Notes under the pieces: model-generated | Told to the model about the DNA's origin: nothing | What the model saw: only the letters and a program-made list of their open reading frames with translations | The model's database searches: none | In this document: piece by piece, positions 56,982 through 64,000 of the stretch | How the letters are laid out: each line of letters begins with the position of its first letter | How positions within the stretch are numbered: position 1 is the first letter of the stretch | Position numbers and translations under genes: made by a program | Origin: a virus | DNA: 64,000 bases | Reading direction: 5' to 3' (one strand) | IMG/VR virus record: IMGVR_UViG_3300042558_005646

Positions 56982-58585
56982 TACAAATCATCCTCGTTTT
57001 CATTGTATCGCTTAATTTCTGAATTGCTACTAGAGGCATTCCTGGCTCTTTCACTAGCCCAAGAACGCAAAAACTGTATCTCTTCTTTCATAAGTTTAGA
57101 CAATGGAACCGAGTCTTGTATAGCCTTTACAATGTCAGATGTAATAATTTCTCTCTTATCATCACTAAAGGCTTCATATAATGCTGCTTCTATGGCAGCT
57201 TCAATTTCAGCACCAGTGAAACTTTCAGATAAATCAGCCAATAATTCTAAATTGAAGTTTTTGGGATTTCTATTTCTTTTCTCAAGATGGATCTTAAAAA
57301 TAGTTTTTCTTTCTAATAACTTAGGAAGATCAACAAAGAAAATTTCATCAAATCTACCTTTTCTCAACAGTTCGGGAGGAAGTGAAGTCACATCATTAGC
57401 AGTAGCAACAACAAATACTGGAGATTGTCTATCCTGCATCCAAGTAAGCCAAGACCCTAAGACTCTAGAAGTTGTTCCGCCGTCTGTAGATCCTGAAGCT
57501 CTACTACCTGACATGCCTTTATCAATTTCATCGCACCAAAGAATGCAAGGTGCTACACTTTCTGCAACCTTGAAAACTTGACGCATATTTTGTTCAGAGC
57601 TTCCAACAAGCCCAGAGAAAACTTTGCCCATATCAAGTCTTAATAAAGGGAAATTCCAAAAAGAAGAAATAGCTTTGGCAAATAGTGATTTACCAGCACC
57701 TTGAATTCCAACAAGTAAAATACCTTTAGGATTTGCTGGTAGTCCGTAATCAAAAGCATCTTCAGAAAAAGCATCTTTACGTTTTTCAAGCCAAGACTTT
57801 AAACCCGTTAGGCCACCGATACTATTCATATCAGTAGGGTCATCAATCCAATCTAATAGGCCTGATTTACGAATAATATCTTTCTTTTGTTGGATAATTG
57901 ATTCAGGCAATAATGATGTGTGCTTAATCATACAATAAGTACAAACTTGCTCACATTCAGATATAGTCAAGCCTCTGAAGCAATTGACTACATTGTCAAG
58001 TTCTTCTTTAGAGTATGATGTTTGAAATTTAGCAGCAAGATCAGGTCTTTTAGATGCTTTGTCTAGAAGATAAGTAATTTTTTCTGTTATTTCATCTTTA
58101 CTAGGTAGTGGAAAATCAATCACAGGAACAGACTTTTCTAAATCTGTGGGTAATTCTAGTACTGAAGAAAGAATTATTATTGCTTTGTTTTCTGTGGAAA
58201 AATCAAAACTTAAGTTTTTTAATTGACGGACAACTTTAATTTCAACTTGCCCACGGTAATTTCCAGAACCAAAAAATTTGTTGTAATCTTTTAGCACCAA
58301 GATACAAAATTTATTCTTTGGTACTATAAGTTTTTTAAACCAGCCCAATACTTCTTCTTGATCTAAAACACATTCAGAAGCTTTTGCTGGTAAGAATTCT
58401 GGAAAAGTAGAATGTAATCCAGAAACAATATCCCATTTCAATAGATCCCAAGAAGTATCAGCTTTGGAACATAAACTTTCCAAAGCTGACATTACTCTAT
58501 TTTCTTCTTGAGAAACTAAATATAAGACAGTTCTTTTAGATCTTACAAGTAGCTCAATTTCATCAATTGTTTGATTGCTGTCCAT
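56981..58585 (-). CDS. Ycf46-like AAA+ ATPase
   Basis: GIQGAGKS, LWCDEIDK, ATAN, PPELLRKGRFDEIFFVDLP. Confidence 0.85.
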   Translation of the reverse strand: MDSNQTIDEIELLVRSKRTVLYLVSQEENRVMSALESLCSKADTSWDLLKWDIVSGLHSTFPEFLPAKASECVLDQEEVLGWFKKLIVPKNKFCILVLKDYNKFFGSGNYRGQVEIKVVRQLKNLSFDFSTENKAIIILSSVLELPTDLEKSVPVIDFPLPSKDEITEKITYLLDKASKRPDLAAKFQTSYSKEELDNVVNCFRGLTISECEQVCTYCMIKHTSLLPESIIQQKKDIIRKSGLLDWIDDPTDMNSIGGLTGLKSWLEKRKDAFSEDAFDYGLPANPKGILLVGIQGAGKSLFAKAISSFWNFPLLRLDMGKVFSGLVGSSEQNMRQVFKVAESVAPCILWCDEIDKGMSGSRASGSTDGGTTSRVLGSWLTWMQDRQSPVFVVATANDVTSLPPELLRKGRFDEIFFVDLPKLLERKTIFKIHLEKRNRNPKNFNLELLADLSESFTGAEIEAAIEAALYEAFSDDKREIITSDIVKAIQDSVPLSKLMKEEIQFLRSWASERARNASSSNSEIKRYNENEDDL

Positions 58586-59414
58586 TTAAAAACTTATCAA
58601 ATTGAAATCTTGGATTACCTGGATAATCTTCATCTCTCCACCAGGTTTCTTCCTTGTATTTAGCCGTGTATTTAGCGAAAATTTCACGCCAATCAAGTAA
58701 TTCAAATGTAGGAAGATATGGAGAACGGGAAATGGATTTTTGAAAAGTATCTTCTATAAGTTTCTTTTCTTCTGCTGAACCCTTAGAGAGAGTTTCAAAT
58801 AATTGATTCAATCCAGAAATAAAATCATCATTTGAAATTTTATGTGTATGGGCATAATAAGTACATACAATAGGAATTCCAAATTTGGAAAACAATTCTT
58901 TTGAACGTCCAAGTTTTGCCAGTTTCATAACTTCATCATAAATATCAATAAGAGTTGCAGAGCTGTTTGTATTAATGACATCCTGATAATAACGATTTAA
59001 ATAATGAGGAAATTCCATAAGCAAGAAATGTCCTGATCTTTGCATGATCATTGGCTTGTTGATGAAACACCAATCAATAAATTTCTTCGTCCATTCATTT
59101 TTATCAAGCTTATTGTCTTCCATAAAATCTGCAATGATGTTTATGATTTTATTATCCGATGTGTAAGTAACACGGTAAACACCATTAAAAGCTTTTTTAT
59201 ATTCATTGAAGAAATAGTCTGTAAAATTCTTTGCAGTCCAATCCTTAAGATCTTCTGGGGCATCTTTCAAAGTTTTAACTATAGGCTTCTTGCGTTGACG
59301 TTTATTTGCTTGAAATGGATTTGATAATTCAGATTGAAGAGGAATGTGTTGCATGTAAATACCTTTCACAAAATCATAAGTCGGATCACTAATTGCCTTC
59401 ATTTTCTTCCTCAA
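58563..59414 (-). CDS. Hypothetical protein (possible replication initiator)
   Basis: Upstream of the loader/helicase genes; no decisive motif. Confidence 0.35.
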   Translation of the reverse strand: MRKKMKAISDPTYDFVKGIYMQHIPLQSELSNPFQANKRQRKKPIVKTLKDAPEDLKDWTAKNFTDYFFNEYKKAFNGVYRVTYTSDNKIINIIADFMEDNKLDKNEWTKKFIDWCFINKPMIMQRSGHFLLMEFPHYLNRYYQDVINTNSSATLIDIYDEVMKLAKLGRSKELFSKFGIPIVCTYYAHTHKISNDDFISGLNQLFETLSKGSAEEKKLIEDTFQKSISRSPYLPTFELLDWREIFAKYTAKYKEETWWRDEDYPGNPRFQFDKFLNGQQSNN

Positions 59415-60114
59415 TTACATCAAAATTTTGCATATCTTTTATCTCTTCTATAGTAGTTTCTTTTACTTTGGCTATGCCATTTTCTTTATATACTAGATAA
59501 TTTTTTGATGATATAAGGGCAAATTTTTCTGGAGAGTGAGTGATGAGTATATTTTGCAAACCTAATTCCGTATTATATTTCTTCATAAATTTCAATAAAT
59601 ATTTCATTACACCATCCCTAGAAACAGCAGAAAATGCTTCATCTAAGAAATAAGCACCTGTGTATCCATTATAAGTTCCAAAGGCAATACGCAATACATA
59701 ACTGATTATTTCATGCAGTCCTCCTCCACTTGTTCCACGTAAAGGACGTTTTACTAACTCACCATCAATCAATTTTTCCATTACTGGCAGAATTGTAAAT
59801 TGACTTGTATTTTCACTTTCCTTTTGGCTTATTTCTTTCATTTCCATAGTGAAAGTATAATCTTGACTATACATATCTCTTGACCAAGCAGTAACTAATT
59901 CTTCAATTGAAGCAATTGCATTAAGTCTGGTTTCTTGTGCTATTTGGCGAATAAATATACTAGCTTTTTTGTTGAGTTCTTTGTCAACTTCTAACTCTTT
60001 TATCTTACTTTCTTGTTCTTCTAAAAGAGTTTGTAAGGTTTTGCGTTCTGCTTCAAGAGTAATTAACTCTCTTTCAAGTTTACTACAAAAGCTTTTTATT
60101 TGTTGAAGATCCAA
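59389..60114 (-). CDS. SbcC/Rad50 C-terminal half
   Basis: Coiled coil, signature SGGG, Walker B/D-loop FLDEAFSAV, H-loop ITHS; no Walker A. Confidence 0.85.
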   Translation of the reverse strand: MDLQQIKSFCSKLERELITLEAERKTLQTLLEEQESKIKELEVDKELNKKASIFIRQIAQETRLNAIASIEELVTAWSRDMYSQDYTFTMEMKEISQKESENTSQFTILPVMEKLIDGELVKRPLRGTSGGGLHEIISYVLRIAFGTYNGYTGAYFLDEAFSAVSRDGVMKYLLKFMKKYNTELGLQNILITHSPEKFALISSKNYLVYKENGIAKVKETTIEEIKDMQNFDVIEEENEGN

Positions 60115-60116
60115 GA

Positions 60117-60380
60117 CTACTCTCCTTCAAGTTCAGCAACTTTATCTTGTAATTCCTGAAGTTTGCTTTCTAATTCGGATTGCTTATTTGTAATTAAGTT
60201 CTTAAGATCTTTTGGTTTGCAGCCATAATTGTTTTTGCAAGTTTGTACTAAATCATCATATTCAGTTTTAAATTGCTCAAGTTGTGGAGATAAAACTTGA
60301 ACTTTACCTTCAGCATTTCCTTTTTTCTTTTTGTATCCTTCTATGTGATCTAGGATTTCTTTAGATGTCATTTTTTTCAT
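60117..60380 (-). CDS. Small coiled-coil protein
   Basis: 87 aa, heptad-rich, inside the sbcCD cluster. Confidence 0.6.
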   Translation of the reverse strand: MKKMTSKEILDHIEGYKKKKGNAEGKVQVLSPQLEQFKTEYDDLVQTCKNNYGCKPKDLKNLITNKQSELESKLQELQDKVAELEGE

Positions 60381-61378
60381 TCCCCCTTAATAGTCTTGGT
60401 ATTGACAGTCTTAACAGCATTGATAGCTAAATCAATAATTTCATTGCTAATATTAGCGTTTTCTGCTTTAGTTCTTAGTGCGGAGAGTTTATCATCAAGA
60501 TTTGTAAACTGCCATGATGTAGTTCTCATGTTTGCAACCTTAAGTTTAAACTCATGTGTATCTTTCTTAAGTTCTTTCGCTGCTTGCATTTCTTCAATCT
60601 TGAAAACTTCACTAGCTGGTTTTGCAGATTTAAGTTTGATATATTCTTCGTTTTGAATTTCACCATCCAATGTATAGTCAAGAATTAATATTTTAATGTC
60701 TTTTTCTAAATTGTCTCTTGACGCTGAATATCTGCTGATTGAACCAGGGTTTATAAATCGCTTTCCATCACTTCTTGTTTGCGTCATTTCATGATGTATA
60801 TGACCTGAAATGACTAGATTTGTATTGGGATGCAAAGGTGTATCCTCGAAAAGATAAGCATATTCAGCAAACCTATCAAGTTTTGTTGAGATTGATGCAT
60901 GACAAACCCAAATAATTGCTGATGAAGTTGTAAGAAAACCTTGCTTTATTTCTCTGTCTAGAGATGGAGTGTAATGAGCAAAAGATATACCCAAAGAAGG
61001 TTCATAGTCTTTCTTAATCAATAATCCAGCAGAAATAAGTGTTCCTAAAGCAGTCTTTTCAAGATTTGAAGAACTATCAAGATCGTGATTTCCTACACAA
61101 ATATAGATAGGAAATGACCAAGGTTTATTACCATTTGGTATACCTTTCAAAATTTCCAAAGTTTGATTTCGTAAAAGTGGTCCAACTTCATAAACTTCAA
61201 ATAGATCGCCAAGAAGAACAACGGCATCAAGCTTTCTTTCTTCAGCAATTTGAAAACATTCAATAAGCTTTGTTCTGATTGATAAACTATAATCATCAAG
61301 TCTATTTTTTGGTTGCCTGTCCATTAAATGGATATCACCAACAAACATGACTTTATTTTGTTTAATTATATTATTCAT
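60377..61378 (-). CDS. sbcD: SbcD/Mre11 nuclease
   Basis: GDIHL, LGDLFE, GNHD, GHIH, NPGS. Confidence 0.9.
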   Translation of the reverse strand: MNNIIKQNKVMFVGDIHLMDRQPKNRLDDYSLSIRTKLIECFQIAEERKLDAVVLLGDLFEVYEVGPLLRNQTLEILKGIPNGNKPWSFPIYICVGNHDLDSSSNLEKTALGTLISAGLLIKKDYEPSLGISFAHYTPSLDREIKQGFLTTSSAIIWVCHASISTKLDRFAEYAYLFEDTPLHPNTNLVISGHIHHEMTQTRSDGKRFINPGSISRYSASRDNLEKDIKILILDYTLDGEIQNEEYIKLKSAKPASEVFKIEEMQAAKELKKDTHEFKLKVANMRTTSWQFTNLDDKLSALRTKAENANISNEIIDLAINAVKTVNTKTIKGE

Positions 61379-62520
61379 GATAGTCTCTGGCACACACAGA
61401 ATCTTCCACAGGATTCACAGCTTTCAAAATTTTCTCTAGCGTAAGTCTCCAAAGATTCAATCTCTTCATCACATTCTTTGATAATTTGATTTAGTTTTTC
61501 AATATCTTCTAATTTAGCATCAATTTTTGAGTTTGTATTTTCAATATCAGAATCCAGCTTCTCCATAGTTAATAATTCAGTATGAATGGAATCACAGTTA
61601 GAAATAAGTTGACCTATATCACCTTCAGCAATTTCGTAATAATGATTGTAACTCTTTTCAGCAGTTTTATATTGAGTCACTTTATTTGAAATATTTTCGA
61701 TTAAAATAAGACCATCTGATATGTCATTATAATTTTTAGTCAACTCTGGAATAATTGTGCTATAAAGTTCTTCAAGTGCTTCATATTTGATTTTTTCATT
61801 TTTACAATCAACATATTGTTTGTAAGCTTTGTAAAAATCATCAACAAATTCTTCTAAAGTATCAATTTCAGACTCTAAATTTTCATAATCTTGAATGAGA
61901 TCTTTGAGCTTATTGAAATTTTCTATTCTTTCATCAAGATTTTCAAATGGCTTTAATTTTGTTTTGGTAGAATCAAGTTCGGCAGACACTCTTTTTATAT
62001 CCGCTGAAATTTTATTAACTTCAGAGTTAAGTAATGATCCTGCTTGTTCTAGATCATCTAATCTTAAGAGTTTTGAAATATCTTTTGGTATCGATGTATC
62101 TGTAGAATTGATAAGAAATAATTTATCTTCTTGAGTGGCAAAAGGAACATAAGCATGAGCTGTCCTTGGTGTATGTCCGATAAATTCTACAACATCTTTT
62201 GGAAGATCAGAGCCAAATTTTGCGTGTTTGACAAGTTCTAGTCCAAAATACTGATACTCTACTTCATTTACAGTGCCTTTAGTTCGTTTTAAGTAATCGC
62301 CATTCTTAAAAATGACAGTTATTTCAGTATTTTTCTGTCCATTTTTAACATCATATGACTTCCATTCATTCTCAAATACAAACATGAATGCACGAAACAA
62401 AGCTGACTTGCCACAGTCAGATGAACCTGTAATTACTGTCAAACCAGATCCAAAAGTTAAAAAAGTATCTTCGTGATTCTGAAAATTCTTTATACGAATG
62501 CTTTCTATATGCCTATTCAT
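61375..62520 (-). CDS. SbcC/Rad50 N-terminal half ending in a zinc hook
   Basis: IKNFQNH, Walker A GSSDCGKS, Q-loop ATQ, coiled coil, terminal CESCG. Confidence 0.85.
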   Translation of the reverse strand: MNRHIESIRIKNFQNHEDTFLTFGSGLTVITGSSDCGKSALFRAFMFVFENEWKSYDVKNGQKNTEITVIFKNGDYLKRTKGTVNEVEYQYFGLELVKHAKFGSDLPKDVVEFIGHTPRTAHAYVPFATQEDKLFLINSTDTSIPKDISKLLRLDDLEQAGSLLNSEVNKISADIKRVSAELDSTKTKLKPFENLDERIENFNKLKDLIQDYENLESEIDTLEEFVDDFYKAYKQYVDCKNEKIKYEALEELYSTIIPELTKNYNDISDGLILIENISNKVTQYKTAEKSYNHYYEIAEGDIGQLISNCDSIHTELLTMEKLDSDIENTNSKIDAKLEDIEKLNQIIKECDEEIESLETYARENFESCESCGRFCVCQRLS

Positions 62521-63002
62521 CGTATTAGCATTGTAGACAATATATCTGGAAAATGCAAGTCTACAAAATCTAATCTAGCTCTTTGGATAGAGCTTGGTAT
62601 ATCAAAAACATTTGGAATTTCAATTTTATATAGTTCTGCTCTAATTAATTTTATTGGATTGTTGGTCATAGGGCAACATTTATTTGTTTTGCCATTATGT
62701 AATTTATTGCAACTCATACAAAGAAATTCAGCAGACTTAAAATATGGTATGAAAAAATCAACTGTAATATCAAGTTCTATCTTACGAAATTTTATATATG
62801 TGTGATTATTAAAATCTTTATAATTATCACATATCTTTCTAAACGTATTTCCTTTATTGTCTACAGTCAAAGTAGATGGTATCTTGATTTCATAATCATT
62901 GGGAAAAACAAATTTAGTATCAGACAACATGCCTGGAACTGCCAAACAGCATAGGAGTTCATTGTTCATTTGTGAAAATCTATATAATGCTGGCTTCTTC
63001 AT
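62517..63002 (-). CDS. Hypothetical Cys-containing protein
   Basis: 161 aa with CMSC...CC. Confidence 0.45.
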   Translation of the reverse strand: MKKPALYRFSQMNNELLCCLAVPGMLSDTKFVFPNDYEIKIPSTLTVDNKGNTFRKICDNYKDFNNHTYIKFRKIELDITVDFFIPYFKSAEFLCMSCNKLHNGKTNKCCPMTNNPIKLIRAELYKIEIPNVFDIPSSIQRARLDFVDLHFPDILSTMLIR

Positions 63003-63013
63003 GGGAGGGAATT

Positions 63014-63211
63014 GTGAAAATTAGTATTGATCGGGATATGCTACTTACAGAATTATACGATTTACGAGCAATTTTGACAGAAGCAGCGTTAGAATCAGAT
63101 GAGGCTAGAAAAGGGAAGCTTAAGCTAGATGAGATTCTGACTATGATTATGAATAGCCCTCAATCAGAAAACAATTCATCTTATCCAAAGCCAAAATTAA
63201 GGAGAGGTTAA
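63014..63211 (+). CDS. Hypothetical protein
   Basis: GTG start with GGAGGGA RBS. Confidence 0.45.
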   Translation: MKISIDRDMLLTELYDLRAILTEAALESDEARKGKLKLDEILTMIMNSPQSENNSSYPKPKLRRG

Positions 63212-63441
63212 TGACACAGGTAAGACTGGAAGAAATTTTATCACAAGAACAAATTTCCAACAATGAATTAGCGGAAATATTAGGGGATATGTTTGTTTCA
63301 TTTAGCAAGCATCTGAAAGACTTAAAAAATCAATTGAGTTCTCTTAGTGAAGAATTGGACGACTTAAAAAAAGAAATCCAAGCTATAGAAGATCAATCTA
63401 AGCTTGGATTTGGAATAATTTTAGAGGATGAGGAAGATTAA
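63211..63441 (+). CDS. Small coiled-coil protein
   Basis: TAATG coupling and GGAG RBS. Confidence 0.5.
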   Translation: MTQVRLEEILSQEQISNNELAEILGDMFVSFSKHLKDLKNQLSSLSEELDDLKKEIQAIEDQSKLGFGIILEDEED

Positions 63442-63908
63442 TCTTCCTCATCAATCATTTTAATTCTGACAATAAATGGTTGATCTGTCTCATAACTAGC
63501 CCAAGTGGAAGAATCTATCTGATAAACGTCTGTACTTCCAGTGTGAGGACAAACAATATTAGGCTGATCATCCTTGCTGTTCATAACAACATCAATTACT
63601 GATAAACGATTACGATCTTTTTTGAACGCTGATTCATTCAAAGTTGTATCAAAATCAGTATCAATAATTCCCAAAGATCTTTCACCTTCTTCAGTTAGAT
63701 CATCGTCATCCATATCATCAAGAAGATCAATATCGTCCACAGGAACTTCAATTTCAACAGTTACGCCATCTCGTACAACATACATCTTTTCAAACTTCAT
63801 GTTATGTGAATCACCGTCCACTCCCATAAGTTCATCCATAGCAGCCCTAGTTTGTGCTTCAGCTGTTTTTTCATCTACAATTACGCCAGCAACTTTTCGT
63901 TCTTCCAT
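63438..63908 (-). CDS. Acidic hypothetical protein
   Basis: 156 aa; AGGA RBS; CPH motif near the C-terminus. Confidence 0.5.
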   Translation of the reverse strand: MEERKVAGVIVDEKTAEAQTRAAMDELMGVDGDSHNMKFEKMYVVRDGVTVEIEVPVDDIDLLDDMDDDDLTEEGERSLGIIDTDFDTTLNESAFKKDRNRLSVIDVVMNSKDDQPNIVCPHTGSTDVYQIDSSTWASYETDQPFIVRIKMIDEED

Positions 63909-64000
63909 CTTGTTTCCTATGCTATATTTTTGTCAGTAAAATCATAAAGATTGAAATTTATCTTTATTGGGTAATTTAATCCGCCAATAGGAATGAATGT

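Noticed and set aside
1981-63939. Many 60-190 aa opposite-strand or alternate-frame ORFs in the track (e.g. 2533..2976, 6273..6734, 57003..57581)
   Set aside because: Fully nested in well-supported genes, low-complexity translations and no RBS; treated as shadow ORFs
1-64000. Genome-wide stop-codon reassignment
   Set aside because: Core genes are full length in code 11; TAG (portal, dnaG, dnaE) and TGA (purA, sigH, loader, several ATGA overlaps) end genes at expected positions. Only 18073 is anomalous
1-64000. CRISPR array, tRNA or rRNA genes
   Set aside because: No regularly spaced direct repeats or cloverleaf-like sequence seen; all intergenic gaps are under 180 bp

Overview
This window is a 64-kb piece of a large, AT-rich tailed dsDNA bacteriophage genome (HK97-fold, probably jumbo-sized), read in the standard genetic code. 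1-2.3 kb: sugar and lipid auxiliary genes (DUF962-like, GT9-like, RfbH). 2.4-23.6 kb, minus strand: head morphogenesis and packaging, with major capsid protein, decoration protein, acidic scaffold, a 1378-aa maturation protease, a portal fused to a DUF559 nuclease, several internal head proteins and TerL/TerS. 26.5-63 kb, mostly minus strand: a near-complete bacterial-type replisome (DnaE, DnaN, DnaX, HolA, DnaB, DnaC-like, split DnaG, SSB), RecA, RecJ, split SbcCD, NrdAB, PurA, dUTPase, three sigma-like factors and a SpoVS-like protein. Plus-strand islands interrupt this region and encode proteins with the same short N-terminal leaders as the head proteins. Strongest leads: (1) a sigma factor encoded behind the clamp genes ends in the same D-x-L-F-D peptide as DnaE, suggesting T4-like clamp-coupled late transcription built from bacterial parts; (2) two leader families plus a recurrent [KR]-[TVI]-A motif suggest a capsid-cargo targeting and processing system for zincin, GNAT and nuclease domains; (3) an in-frame UGA followed by a stem-loop joins a head gene to a DUF192 domain that has no start codon of its own. 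Family assignments come from motif recognition only; no searches were run. No tRNA, rRNA, CRISPR array, intein or IS element was seen.
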